Assembly: GCA_039033475.1 (NCBI GenBank)
Contig: JBCCCO010000001.1
Span: forward strand, 23,874 to 87,873
From: Pseudomonadota bacterium
Lineage (GTDB): Bacteria > Pseudomonadota > Alphaproteobacteria > Rhizobiales > CBDHHC01
Direction of reading: 5' to 3'
DNA length: 64,000 nucleotides
The stretch's first letter is position 1. The number at the start of each line of letters is the position of its first letter. The position numbers were made by a program, and so were the translations under genes. Shown here piece after piece: positions 43,548 to 53,547 of the stretch. A model generated the notes under the pieces. It saw nothing but the letters and a program-made list of their open reading frames with translations. It did not search any database and had not been told where the DNA came from.

Positions 43548-46500
43548 ATGTCACAGCATATTGAACAACTCGCAGAATTGAATAAATCTCACATCGCAGC
43601 GAGCGCAGTTCCTGACGGACTAGATGCGCATATTCTTGCTGACTTAGTCCATAAGCTTAAGTCAGCTCAAGATCAGGCTGGATTGATTATCCATGTGGCG
43701 AGAGATAGTCAGCGCATGGAAAGCCTGTTGTTGGCCCTACGATTTTTTGCCAAAAATGCAAAGATTATCTCTTTTCCGGCTTGGGATTGTGTTCCCTATG
43801 ACCGGGTTTCTCCCAATCAAGAAATTTCAGCAAAGCGCATTTCAACGCTTACACAACTTGCATTCTCAAAGCGTAAGACGCCAACAATCATTCTCACAAC
43901 TGTAAATGCCATTTTACAACGGGTGCCGTCGCGAAAGTTTATCAAGCAGATTGTCCTACAACTCAAGCCGGGCCAATCTGTTGATATGGATAAGTTGACG
44001 AGCCGATTAGCCTTGATGGGGTTTATGCGCACAGGCACTGTTATGGATGTCGGGGAATATGCTGTGCGCGGTGGAATATTGGATCTGTTTGTTCCTGGTA
44101 ATTCCAAACCCATCCGGCTAGATTTTTTTGGCGATACCCTAGAAAGCATCCGGCAATTTGATGCAGAAACTCAACGTACAACAAAAACACTTAGTAAGTT
44201 GGTATTGTTGCCAATCTCTGAACTCTCTCATAGTGCTTCAGTTACCAAAGCGTTTCGCACCCGCTATGTTGAACTTTTTGGTGCGGTTAAAAATGAAGAC
44301 CCACTTTATGAAGCTGTTTCAAATGGTACGCGCTTTCAAGGGATGGAGCACTGGCTACCGTTGTTCCATGATGCACTGGAAACCTTGTTCGATTATACAC
44401 CAGGGGCGTGCCTGAGTTTTGATCATCTGGTGGAAGATGCTAAGTCGCGCCGTTTTGAACAAATTGCAGATCATTATCAAGCCCGCGCAGACGCCCTTGA
44501 GCAGGCAGCTTTCGGAGCAGCTCCATACAAGCCCCTTCAACCTGAAATGCTATTTTTGACAGAGCCAGAGTGGGCAACGTATCTTACGCAAAATCCGATC
44601 CGATCGTTTTCTCCATTTGAAATGCCAGATCATGTTGAAGGCTTGGATGTGGTCTCATTTGCCGGACGCAAAGGAAGAAATTTTGCAGCAGAACGCACCT
44701 CCGATACAATCAATATGTTTGAGGCGGTGGTGCAGCATATCCATGATGCTCAGGCCCGCAACAAGCGTGTGATCATTGCGTGTTGGAGCAATGGGGCTAG
44801 AGAGAGGCTGGCAACCTTGTTAAAGGAAAATGGTCTGAAAGCAGGGGAAAAAGTTATAGATTGGCAAGATGTCAAACAGCTTCATTCAAAGCAAGTGGGT
44901 TTGGCTGTGTTGGGGCTTGAGGCTGGCTTTGAGACACCTGATTTTGCTATTGTTGCAGAACAAGATATTCTTGGTGACCGCTTGGTCCGTCCCAAAAAGC
45001 GTTCGAAAAAAGATGCCAATGTGCTTTCGGAAGCGAACAGTTTGGCAGTGGGAGATCTGGTTGTCCATGTTGACCACGGCATTGGGCGGTTCATGGGTTT
45101 GAAAACGATTGAAGCTTTAGATGCTCCGCATGATTGTTTGGAGCTGAGTTATCATGGCGGTGATCGGCTGTATCTGCCGGTTGAGAATATCGAGTTATTA
45201 TCACGTTATGGGTCGGAAGATTTGAATGTCCCGCTTGATAAACTTGGCGGTATTGCATGGCAAAGCCGTAAAGCAAAACTCAAAAAACGTATCCGCGAGA
45301 TGGCAGATCAATTGATTAAGATTGCCGCACTTCGTGAATTAAAAGAAGCAACACCTTTGCAATTGCCCCAAGGGGTTTATGATGAATTTTGTGCTCGTTT
45401 TCCGTATGATGAAACCGAAGATCAGGAAAATGCAATCGCTGCTGTTGTTGAAGACTTAGGAAGCGGCAAACCGATGGACCGCTTGGTATGCGGTGATGTT
45501 GGGTTTGGCAAAACAGAAGTCGCATTGCGTTCCGCTTTGGTTGCGGTTATGGCTGGCAAGCAGGTGGCTGTTGTGGTGCCAACAACATTGTTGGCAAGAC
45601 AGCATTACGCCACTTTCAAAGAACGGTTCAAAGGCTTTCCGGTTAAAATTGCTCAGGCTTCGCGTATGGTGCCAACAAAAGAGTTGAACCAGGTCAAGAC
45701 TGACGTGCAAGCCGGGCAAATCGATATCGTGGTTGGCACCCATGCTTTGCTAGGAAAGTCAATCGCGTTTTCTGATTTGGGTTTGCTGATTATTGATGAA
45801 GAGCAACATTTTGGCGTAAAGCACAAAGAGCGGTTAAAAGAATTGCGTGAGGATATTCATGTTCTCACACTTACTGCAACGCCAATCCCAAGAACGTTGC
45901 AATTAGCTTTAACGGGGGTGCGTGAGCTATCTCTCATCACCACACCGCCAGTAGACCGGCTTGCGGTTCGTACCTTTGTCACCCCATTTGACCCTGTTAT
46001 TCTTCGAGAAGCCTTGCTGCGTGAGCGCTATCGCGGTGGTCAAAGCTTTTATGTATGTCCACGTATTTCTGATTTGGATGAGGTGCAGGCTTTTCTTTCC
46101 GAGCACGTGCCGGAGTTAAAAGTGGCCCGAGCCCATGGGCAAATGCCTCCTGGCCAGTTGGAAGATGTCATGAATGCATTCTATGACAAGCAATATGACG
46201 TCCTGCTGTCCACCACAATTGTAGAATCCGGGCTTGATATCCCAACCGCCAATACACTGATCGTGCACCGTTCTGAGATTTTCGGTTTATCCCAGCTTTA
46301 TCAGTTGCGCGGTAGAGTGGGCCGGTCCAAAACAAGAGCTTATGCCTATTTCACCATTCCAGCGCAAGGCACGCTGACAGCAACCGCTGACAAACGCCTT
46401 AAGGTGCTACAGTCCTTAGATACTTTGGGTGCAGGTTTTAGACTTGCAAGTCATGATCTGGATATCAGAGGAGCTGGGAATTTGTTGGGGGATGAACAGT

Positions 46501-47066
46501 CTGGTCACATTAAAGAGGTTGGGTTTGAACTTTATCAATCAATGCTAGAAGAAGCGGTTGCTCTTCTCAAAGATGGTGGAGAGCTTGAGATTGAAGACCA
46601 ATGGTCGCCGCAAATTGCCATTGGTACGGCGGTGCTTATTCCTGAAGCTTATGTACCGGATCTGCAATTGCGCCTTGGGCTTTATAAGCGTTTGTCTAAG
46701 GTGGAAGACCCAAGTGAGTTGGAAGGCTTTGCTGCCGAGTTGGTTGATCGTTTTGGCTCCATGCCCGAAGAGGTGCGTTATTTGCTGGAGATTGTGCGCA
46801 TCAAAACCTACTGCCGCCGCGCCGGGGTGGAACAAGTTGAAGCCGGGCCAAAGGGGGCTGTCGTGACATTCCGCAACAACCATTTTATGAACCCAGAAGG
46901 GTTACTGGTTTTTGTCAATGAATGGAGCAAGTCGGTCAAAATTCAGCCGGATCATAAGCTATTTTATCGTGTAGACTGGGATACCGCTGAAAGTCGCCTT
47001 AAAGGAACGCGGGCTTTAATCAAACGTTTGGCTGAAATTGCTGAAGAGAAAAAGCAAGCGGCGTGA
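43548..47066 (+). CDS. mfd: transcription-repair coupling factor
   Basis: It has a UvrB-homology N-terminal region, an RNAP-interaction domain and SF2 motifs (GDVGFGKTEVA, DEEQHFG, TATPIPRT, QLYQLRGRVGRS). The start is probably ATG 43548. Confidence 0.95.
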   Translation: MSQHIEQLAELNKSHIAASAVPDGLDAHILADLVHKLKSAQDQAGLIIHVARDSQRMESLLLALRFFAKNAKIISFPAWDCVPYDRVSPNQEISAKRISTLTQLAFSKRKTPTIILTTVNAILQRVPSRKFIKQIVLQLKPGQSVDMDKLTSRLALMGFMRTGTVMDVGEYAVRGGILDLFVPGNSKPIRLDFFGDTLESIRQFDAETQRTTKTLSKLVLLPISELSHSASVTKAFRTRYVELFGAVKNEDPLYEAVSNGTRFQGMEHWLPLFHDALETLFDYTPGACLSFDHLVEDAKSRRFEQIADHYQARADALEQAAFGAAPYKPLQPEMLFLTEPEWATYLTQNPIRSFSPFEMPDHVEGLDVVSFAGRKGRNFAAERTSDTINMFEAVVQHIHDAQARNKRVIIACWSNGARERLATLLKENGLKAGEKVIDWQDVKQLHSKQVGLAVLGLEAGFETPDFAIVAEQDILGDRLVRPKKRSKKDANVLSEANSLAVGDLVVHVDHGIGRFMGLKTIEALDAPHDCLELSYHGGDRLYLPVENIELLSRYGSEDLNVPLDKLGGIAWQSRKAKLKKRIREMADQLIKIAALRELKEATPLQLPQGVYDEFCARFPYDETEDQENAIAAVVEDLGSGKPMDRLVCGDVGFGKTEVALRSALVAVMAGKQVAVVVPTTLLARQHYATFKERFKGFPVKIAQASRMVPTKELNQVKTDVQAGQIDIVVGTHALLGKSIAFSDLGLLIIDEEQHFGVKHKERLKELREDIHVLTLTATPIPRTLQLALTGVRELSLITTPPVDRLAVRTFVTPFDPVILREALLRERYRGGQSFYVCPRISDLDEVQAFLSEHVPELKVARAHGQMPPGQLEDVMNAFYDKQYDVLLSTTIVESGLDIPTANTLIVHRSEIFGLSQLYQLRGRVGRSKTRAYAYFTIPAQGTLTATADKRLKVLQSLDTLGAGFRLASHDLDIRGAGNLLGDEQSGHIKEVGFELYQSMLEEAVALLKDGGELEIEDQWSPQIAIGTAVLIPEAYVPDLQLRLGLYKRLSKVEDPSELEGFAAELVDRFGSMPEEVRYLLEIVRIKTYCRRAGVEQVEAGPKGAVVTFRNNHFMNPEGLLVFVNEWSKSVKIQPDHKLFYRVDWDTAESRLKGTRALIKRLAEIAEEKKQAA

Positions 47067-47089
47067 AAGTAATTTTGGCAGACTGATCT

Positions 47090-47998
47090 ATGGACAATAA
47101 AAACAACCTCGTCGAGCTGCTTGATATTATGGCTGCACTTCGCAATCCAGACACCGGGTGCCCTTGGGATATCAAGCAAAATTTTGCATCTATTGCCCCT
47201 TATACCCTAGAAGAAGCCTACGAAGTTATTGAAGCCATTGAACAAAATGACATGCTGAATTTGCGTGAAGAGTTAGGCGACCTTCTGCTTCAAGTCGTTT
47301 ACCATGCCCGCATAGCAGAAGAACTTGGGCATTTTGATTTTCATGACGTGGCCCAAACCATTTCACAAAAGATGATACGTCGTCACCCTCATGTTTTTGG
47401 CAGCGAGGAAGAGCGCCAAAATGGTGCTCGACCTGGATTTTGGGAACGCATAAAAGCCGATGAAAAACAAGAAAAAGTGCGTAAGTATAATAATGAAGAG
47501 AATGAAGAGAATAAAAGTGACCCGAAAGTGTCTCTTCTTGATGATGTGCCAGCAGCTATGCCAGCGTTAATGCGCGCTGTGAAATTACAAAAGAGAGCTG
47601 CGAAAGTTGGCTTTGACTGGCCAGATTTAGCGCAAGTGTTTGCTAAAATGCGTGAAGAATTGACTGAGCTGGAAGTTGCGTTATCGGAAGCAAATCAAAA
47701 ACAGACTGAAGACAAACACCATATTGAAGAAGAATTTGGAGACTTGCTTTTTGTTATGGCAAATGTTGCGCGCCACCTTACAATCGAGCCTGAAACGGCC
47801 CTAAGAGGGGCAAATGCGAAGTTTACTTCTCGTTTTCATTACATAGAACAGCGTCTTGCTGAAATGGGCAAAACACCAGAACAATCATCATTAATAGAGA
47901 TGGACGCACTGTGGGATGAAGCCAAAGCAAAAGAAAAGCCAATATCTTCAACAGAAGATACTGGCTTTATTGAAAATTCGTTTCGAGTTAAAGATTAA
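47090..47998 (+). CDS. mazG: nucleoside triphosphate pyrophosphohydrolase MazG
   Basis: It has tandem MazG domains (CPWDIKQNFASIAPYTLEEAYEV, EEFGDLLF) with an Asn/Glu-rich insert between them. Confidence 0.9.
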   Translation: MDNKNNLVELLDIMAALRNPDTGCPWDIKQNFASIAPYTLEEAYEVIEAIEQNDMLNLREELGDLLLQVVYHARIAEELGHFDFHDVAQTISQKMIRRHPHVFGSEEERQNGARPGFWERIKADEKQEKVRKYNNEENEENKSDPKVSLLDDVPAAMPALMRAVKLQKRAAKVGFDWPDLAQVFAKMREELTELEVALSEANQKQTEDKHHIEEEFGDLLFVMANVARHLTIEPETALRGANAKFTSRFHYIEQRLAEMGKTPEQSSLIEMDALWDEAKAKEKPISSTEDTGFIENSFRVKD

Positions 47999-48201
47999 GC
48001 TGTAATATCAACGTTAACCCCAACTCCTTCAGCTGTATCTGATCTTGCTGGCGCTTCTGTGCTCGTTTCCGTGTTACTTTGAGCTTCCTGAGTACTCTCA
48101 GTTTCAGCTTGAGGCAGTGTCGGCTGAGCTGACTGCACAGATTGCAATTGAGCTTGCGTTTGCACTTGTGCTTGCGACGCACCTACAGAAATTTCAGACA
48201 T
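47995..48201 (-). CDS. small Q/T/S-rich protein, possibly YjfB-like putative motility protein
   Basis: A 68 aa protein. Its N-terminus MSEISVGASQAQVQTQAQLQSVQ and C-terminal GVGVNVDITA resemble the YjfB_motility pattern (SMSQAQ...G..IDI). The match is weak and made only by eye. Confidence 0.4.
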   Translation of the reverse strand: MSEISVGASQAQVQTQAQLQSVQSAQPTLPQAETESTQEAQSNTETSTEAPARSDTAEGVGVNVDITA

Positions 48202-48373
48202 TGTTGAACTCCTTTACTCAAAACATAAATGTCAGAGACTTTAAAATTCAAGCATACCCCGACTATAAGGGGACAATAGCCTATATATATTAATCAGGAG
48301 CTTAATCGCATATTTATAAAAATAATTTCAACGAACACAGTAAAGCTTTTGTAAAAGCATGATTTAAAATGCA

Positions 48374-48898
48374 TCACCCGCGCATAATCAAGCTTAGACG
48401 CTCTAAATCAACATCATATATCTCAAGACTGCGCAGGTGTTCTAGCGTGTTGCGGAAATAATCAATATTATAGCCAGAGCGCCCTTTTGAGCGACGCACG
48501 ATATAGGCTTGGCGTGAGAGAGGAAGACGGCCGGCGTATTGCCTGTGATTACGATTCACAACAAAGCAGGTGGCCCGCACAGTACGTTCAGAGCCATCAT
48601 GCAACGCGATAGGCTTTTGCTGTTCATAATACACATTGGTATTTAATTCACGAGCACGCAGATAGGCGCGAACTTTACGTTTATGGGCATGATTGATCCG
48701 AAACGCAATACCATGGCAAAATCCACCAATATCTAGACCAAGAACAAGTCCCGGGTATTTGGGGCTACCACGATGGACAATTGAGTGAATGCATAAAGAT
48801 CGGCGCAATCCTACCAAGAAACCCGGCACGGCCTCTTCATAATCAAATCCTGGCTGCCACATCAAAGAGCCATATCCAAATACCCAATGATCTGTCAC
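48374..48898 (-). CDS. chaC: ChaC-family gamma-glutamylcyclotransferase
   Basis: It has the N-terminal motif WVFGYGSLMWQPGF and YPGLVLGLD. The frame starts with GTG. Confidence 0.8.
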   Translation of the reverse strand: MTDHWVFGYGSLMWQPGFDYEEAVPGFLVGLRRSLCIHSIVHRGSPKYPGLVLGLDIGGFCHGIAFRINHAHKRKVRAYLRARELNTNVYYEQQKPIALHDGSERTVRATCFVVNRNHRQYAGRLPLSRQAYIVRRSKGRSGYNIDYFRNTLEHLRSLEIYDVDLERLSLIMRG

Positions 48899-48920
48899 GA
48901 GCTTTCTCTTAATGTTTTAA

Positions 48921-49859
48921 TTATTCACTTTTATGAGGGCGCCCAAAATCAGGCACATCTGTTTCCTGGCCAGCTTCAATAATGCTTTGGCGAATAGCGC
49001 GTGTTCGCGCAAAATGATCAAACAATTGCTGCCCATCATTACGCCGAATTGCACGCTGCAAAGCAGATAAATCTTCAGAGAAGCGTCCCAGCATTTCAAG
49101 CACAGCCTCTTTGTTATTCAAAAAAATGTCGCGCCACATTACAGGGTCAGAAGATGCAATTCTGGTGAAATCTCGAAACCCACCTGCTGAGAATTTAATA
49201 ACTTCGCTGAGTGTATCGTGTTCTAATTCCGAAGCGGTGCCAACAATATTATAGGCAATGAGGTGCGGAATGTGACTGGTAATAGCCAGTACTTTATCAT
49301 GATGTTCAGCACTCATGATCTCAACTGAACTGCCGCACGATTGCCAAAAGGTTGTTAGCTTTGCTATAGCACCCGGATCTGTGTTCTCAAGTGGGGTAAG
49401 AATACACCAACGGCCATCGTAAAGCTCAGCAAAACCTGCTTCAGGGCCAGAATATTCTGTCCCTGCAACCGGATGGCCTGGGATAAAATGTACGTCTTCT
49501 GGTAGATGAGGTAAAATATCTGTAATCACTTGGGATTTGACCGACCCCACATCCGTCAGAATAGCTCCTGGCTTCATCGCATATTTGATATCTTCAACTA
49601 TTTCACCGCATCCTCCAACGGGGACACACAGTATTATCAGGTCTGCTTCTTTTATAGCATTTGTTGGATTTTCAAAAACATCATCGACAAGCTTTAATTC
49701 AAATGCTTTCTCCCGCGTCTCAGGATTATGATCATGTCCCGAAATATGACCAGCTATTCCTTTCCTACGCATGGCATGACACAGCGATGAGCCCATGAGC
49801 CCAAGGCCGATTAAAGTGACTTTTGGAAATAGCGGTGAAGTTTTTTCAGAAATACTCAT
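48921..49859 (-). CDS. tyrC: prephenate/arogenate dehydrogenase
   Basis: It has the Rossmann motif VTLIGLGLMGSSL and the motif HPVAGTE. It is adjacent to hisC. Confidence 0.85.
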   Translation of the reverse strand: MSISEKTSPLFPKVTLIGLGLMGSSLCHAMRRKGIAGHISGHDHNPETREKAFELKLVDDVFENPTNAIKEADLIILCVPVGGCGEIVEDIKYAMKPGAILTDVGSVKSQVITDILPHLPEDVHFIPGHPVAGTEYSGPEAGFAELYDGRWCILTPLENTDPGAIAKLTTFWQSCGSSVEIMSAEHHDKVLAITSHIPHLIAYNIVGTASELEHDTLSEVIKFSAGGFRDFTRIASSDPVMWRDIFLNNKEAVLEMLGRFSEDLSALQRAIRRNDGQQLFDHFARTRAIRQSIIEAGQETDVPDFGRPHKSE

Positions 49860-49863
49860 AAGG

Positions 49864-50988
49864 CTATTGCTTGTTCATAAATTTTGTTAAAGCACCAACA
49901 ACAGCTTCATTATCGGCTTGTGAACCAACACTCAGCCGCAATGCGTTGGGTAGTCCGTACTTTTCCAATCGGCGCAGAATAATCCGCCGTTCCATGAGAA
50001 ACGCATCCGCAGCAACAGCATTGCGATCTGGATGCCCTGGAAAATGCAATAAAACAAAATTGGCAACACTGGGAGTAACCTTTAAACCAATACTGGTCAG
50101 TTTCTCACTCAACCAATCTCGCCATTTGGTATTGTGCTCAATTGCATTTTGAATATGCTGCTCGTCCTCTATAGCGGCAATGCCGGCTTTGATCGCAGGA
50201 TCACTTACATTAAAGGGACCACGAATTCTATTAAGAACATCAGCAACGTCAGGCGGACAATACGCCCAACCTAATCTCAGGCTGGCAAGGCCATAAATTT
50301 TAGAAAACGTACGCGTCATTATTGTGTTGCCGGTTTGTCCTACCAAATCCATCCCAGAGTTATAGTCCGCGTGCATCACATATTCTGCATAAGCCCCATC
50401 TAACACCAACATGATATGGTCCGCCAAACCTTCGCGCAAACGCCATAATGACTCGACTGGGCAGTATGTCCCTGTTGGGTTATTGGGATTTGCCAGGAAA
50501 ACAGCCCTGGTGCGATCTGTCACTTTATCTAAAATAGAATTAATATCTGCCGTATGATTGATTTCAGGAGCGACTACCGGCCGGGCACCATTAGCCATGA
50601 TGGCAATCTTGTAAACCAAAAAGCCATGCTCTGTGTAAATAGCTTCGTCTTCCGGCCCTAAGTATGCCGCGGCCAATAAATTCAATAATTCATCTGATCC
50701 TGCACCACAGACAATTTGGATCGGATTTAGATCATAACGCTTTGCAATGGTTTCACGCAATAATTTGGCTGATCCATCAGGGTAAAGAGCAAGTTTGGCT
50801 GAGGCATCATGATAAGCCTCTATCGCATTTGTGCTTGGCCCTAGCGGTGTTTCATTCGATGAGAGTTTTATAAGTCTCCCGGTGCCTGGCGCTTGGCTTT
50901 TTCCAGGTGTATATGCACTAATATCCAAAATACCAGCTTTTGGCAGAAGTTTCCCTTGCTCGGGAGCATATGTTTTATATTTTACCAT
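49864..50988 (-). CDS. hisC: histidinol-phosphate aminotransferase
   Basis: It shows the class-II aminotransferase pattern (LSSNETPLGP, NPNNPTG, TFSKIYGLASLRLGW). Confidence 0.9.
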   Translation of the reverse strand: MVKYKTYAPEQGKLLPKAGILDISAYTPGKSQAPGTGRLIKLSSNETPLGPSTNAIEAYHDASAKLALYPDGSAKLLRETIAKRYDLNPIQIVCGAGSDELLNLLAAAYLGPEDEAIYTEHGFLVYKIAIMANGARPVVAPEINHTADINSILDKVTDRTRAVFLANPNNPTGTYCPVESLWRLREGLADHIMLVLDGAYAEYVMHADYNSGMDLVGQTGNTIMTRTFSKIYGLASLRLGWAYCPPDVADVLNRIRGPFNVSDPAIKAGIAAIEDEQHIQNAIEHNTKWRDWLSEKLTSIGLKVTPSVANFVLLHFPGHPDRNAVAADAFLMERRIILRRLEKYGLPNALRLSVGSQADNEAVVGALTKFMNKQ

Positions 50989-51008
50989 AATAGTCGTAGA
51001 ATTTCCTA

Positions 51009-51030
51009 TTTATAGGTCCTGAGCCTAAAG
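51009..51030 (+). repeat. short dispersed motif containing GTCCTGAGCC, copy 3
   Basis: The sequence tttataggtcctgagcctaaag lies in the hisC/metX divergent region. A 19-nt stretch is identical to copy 2. Confidence 0.5.
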
Positions 51031-51157
51031 TGAAAATAATTACATGATTGCGATAATAACTTAATGAAATACCTTATAAAACATAAACCTTCAAAAAACA
51101 AAACCTCATACAAACTTGACATCCTTTATCTGAAATGTCTTTAATCGTAGAAAATAT

Positions 51158-51205
51158 GGTGATTTGGTCGGCCGGCTTGCAGCCATTTATAAATGCTAAA
51201 AGGTC
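51158..51205 (+). promoter_or_regulatory. probable SAM-II (metA/metX-type) riboswitch aptamer
   Basis: The sequence ggtgatttggtcggccggcttgcagccatttataaatgctaaaagg matches my recollection of the SAM-II consensus blocks (GAUUU, GGCUUGCAGCC, GCUAAAA). It lies upstream of metX in an alphaproteobacterial context. Confidence 0.55.
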
Positions 51206-51211
51206 TTGTGC

Positions 51212-51246
51212 ACCCGGCCATCCCATGATGCCGGGTTTTTTATTTT
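51212..51246 (+). terminator. intrinsic terminator/attenuator downstream of the putative riboswitch
   Basis: The stem acccggc/gccgggt has 7 bp and an 11-nt loop, and is followed by ttttttatttt. There is no upstream plus-strand gene to terminate, so an attenuator role fits. Confidence 0.6.
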
Positions 51247-51250
51247 GAAC

Positions 51251-51353
51251 TTTAGGGCCTGTAATTTTAAATAAATTCATTTTCCGTGCTCTAGATCTTT
51301 ATGAGCGAGCAATTTTTCTACTTTATCAAGTAAAACTACTTGAAAACGGATTG
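51251..51353 (+). repeat. ~105 bp dispersed 5'-region repeat, metX copy
   Basis: See the 28160-28264 copy. It has the same orientation relative to the downstream gene. Confidence 0.6.
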
Positions 51354-51390
51354 CTCTAAAACAAAATTACGGTGTTTTTGTATAGCCATC

Positions 51391-52590
51391 ATGCCTCAAG
51401 CCCTGTCAAAACAATTTTGGATCGATAGCGCCATGCATAGTCAAATTGCATCTTTTTCAGAAGACACGCCCCTTGCCCTAGAGTGCGGTGAACATTTTGC
51501 TCCTTTTCAGATCGCCTATCAAACCTATGGTGAACTTAATCAAGATAAATCAAATGCCATTTTAATATGCCATGCTTTAACTGGTGACCAACATGCGGCT
51601 AATATTCACCCCCTTACGACCAAATCAGGGTGGTGGAATTTAATGGTCGGACCTGGAAAACCTATTGATACGGATAGATATTTTGTAATTTGCTCCAATA
51701 TACTTGGCGGTTGCATGGGGTCGACAGGTCCAGGTTCCATAAACCCAAAAACAAACACATTTTACGGCCCAGACTTTCCCCTTATCACCATTCCAGACAT
51801 GGTTGGTGCCCAAGCAAAACTTATTGAACATTTGGGAATTGATACGCTTTTTAGTGTGATTGGCGGCTCTATGGGAGGAATGCAAGTTCTCGAATGGGCT
51901 ACGCGATTTAAAAACAAGGTTTTTAGTGCGATTCCTATTGCAGCGTGTGCTCAAGAGGCCCCGCAAAATATTGGCTTTCATGAAGTTTGTCGGCAAGCCA
52001 TTATGGCAGACCCGGATTGGCGGGATGGACATTACTTGGAACACAATACCCACCCCAAAAAAGGCCTTGCCGTTGCCCGCATGGCCGCGCATATCGGCTA
52101 TCTGTCAAAAGATATACTCTCCAAAAAATTTGGACGAAATCTGCAAGACAGGGATAATATTTCATTCGGCTTTGATGCTGACTTCCAAGTTGAAAGTTAT
52201 TTGCGTCATCAAGGTAATAAGTTTGTCGAGCGTTTTGATGCTAATAGCTACCTCTATATATCACGCGCCATTGATTATTTTGACTTGCCAGGCAAATATG
52301 GAGGCCTGGTTAATGCTTTTGCAGGTACTAAAACCAGGTTTTGCGTTATATCCTTTACCAGTGATTGGTTGCAACCCACCTCTAAAAGTCGGGAAATCGT
52401 TCGCGCTCTTAATGCTGTCGCCGCAAAAGTGAGTTTTGTTGAAATTGAAACAGATAAAGGCCACGATGCCTTCTTGCTTGACGAACCTGAATTATTTATG
52501 ACGATTTCAGGTTTTTTGGAAGCTGCCGCAAAGGCAAGAGGGTTGAACCTGACATCTGTAACAGCAGAAAATGTAAGGCATATCCCGTGA
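51391..52590 (+). CDS. metX: homoserine O-acetyltransferase
   Basis: It has an alpha/beta-hydrolase fold with GGSMGGMQ around the nucleophile and the pattern [12 protein letters not shown]. The start is probably ATG 51391, because the TTG at 51340 lies inside the repeat. Confidence 0.92.
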   Translation: MPQALSKQFWIDSAMHSQIASFSEDTPLALECGEHFAPFQIAYQTYGELNQDKSNAILICHALTGDQHAANIHPLTTKSGWWNLMVGPGKPIDTDRYFVICSNILGGCMGSTGPGSINPKTNTFYGPDFPLITIPDMVGAQAKLIEHLGIDTLFSVIGGSMGGMQVLEWATRFKNKVFSAIPIAACAQEAPQNIGFHEVCRQAIMADPDWRDGHYLEHNTHPKKGLAVARMAAHIGYLSKDILSKKFGRNLQDRDNISFGFDADFQVESYLRHQGNKFVERFDANSYLYISRAIDYFDLPGKYGGLVNAFAGTKTRFCVISFTSDWLQPTSKSREIVRALNAVAAKVSFVEIETDKGHDAFLLDEPELFMTISGFLEAAAKARGLNLTSVTAENVRHIP

Positions 52591-53237
52591 ATAAACATGC
52601 CCCAAAAGCCGCAAAGGTATACGAAATCCCAAAACGGCGCGTTGATCACCTTCTCATTGCAGATTTGGTAGACAATGGGTCAAGAGTGCTCGATATTGGA
52701 TGTAGCGATGGCGCATTATTACAACTTTTGCGCACCAACAAAAATATAGATGGTCGAGGTATAGAAATCAGCCAGAAAGGGGTGAACTTATGTGTCGCAA
52801 AGGGGCTATCTGTTGTCCATGGCAATGCGGATCATGATCTTGTTAATTATCCTGACAATGCATTCGATTTTGCTATTCTGAGCCAAACCATACAAGCCAC
52901 ATATCGCCCAAAACATGTTTTAGAGCAATTGCTGCGAATCTCTAAAAAGGCAATTGTTTCCTTTCCAAATTTTGGTCATTGGTACATTCGCACACAGTTC
53001 TTTTTTAGCGGGCACATGCCGGTCACCACAACATTACCAAAAACATGGTATGAAACAGAAAATATCCATCTTTGTACGTTCAAAGACTTTGTACAAATAT
53101 GTAATGAATTAGAGGCAAGCGTTGATAAGGTTATCGCCTTGAATAATAACGGTTATAAGGTTGGCGTGGGATTGCCACTTTTTCTAAAGAATCTTATTGC
53201 AGAACAAGGGGTATTCCTCTTAAAGCCGAAAGCTTGA
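52587..53237 (+). CDS. metW: methionine biosynthesis protein MetW
   Basis: It has the SAM-MTase-like motif [12 protein letters not shown]. It overlaps metX by 4 nt, the classic metXW pairing. Confidence 0.88.
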   Translation: MNKHAPKAAKVYEIPKRRVDHLLIADLVDNGSRVLDIGCSDGALLQLLRTNKNIDGRGIEISQKGVNLCVAKGLSVVHGNADHDLVNYPDNAFDFAILSQTIQATYRPKHVLEQLLRISKKAIVSFPNFGHWYIRTQFFFSGHMPVTTTLPKTWYETENIHLCTFKDFVQICNELEASVDKVIALNNNGYKVGVGLPLFLKNLIAEQGVFLLKPKA

Positions 53238-53547
53238 GCCGTGTACAGATCAAGCATTTAAGGAGAGGTAAATAACTTTTTTTTCACGCTGTATTTACAC
53301 AAAAAGATTGCTTTCAGTTTATATTTAAGATATGTGCAAACGTGAGTTACGTTTTATGTTCCTCAACAAGGTTGAACTTTGGACTAATAGCAGCATCTTG
53401 AATTGAAGACACCTCTTTAACAATTTCCCTGCCCACAATCTAGAGCTTTGAAACACCTTAATTATATTGAACGACACGAACTCTAATTTTTTTTCTATGA
53501 TGAAATAGAAAAAATTAAACGAACACTTTTCTAGGAGACTAAGACCC

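Noticed and set aside
51074-51280. A 68-aa minus-strand ORF in the hisC/metX divergent region
   Set aside because: It is antisense to the putative SAM-II aptamer, its terminator and the start of the 105-bp repeat. It has no convincing RBS and no recognisable motif.
51860-52432. A 190-aa alternative-frame ORF (plus several antisense ORFs) inside metX
   Set aside because: The metX frame carries the clear alpha/beta-hydrolase motifs, while the alternative frame has none. The same reasoning applies to the many 60-150 aa shadow ORFs inside recG, mfd, lpdA, lipA, ntrY and parE.
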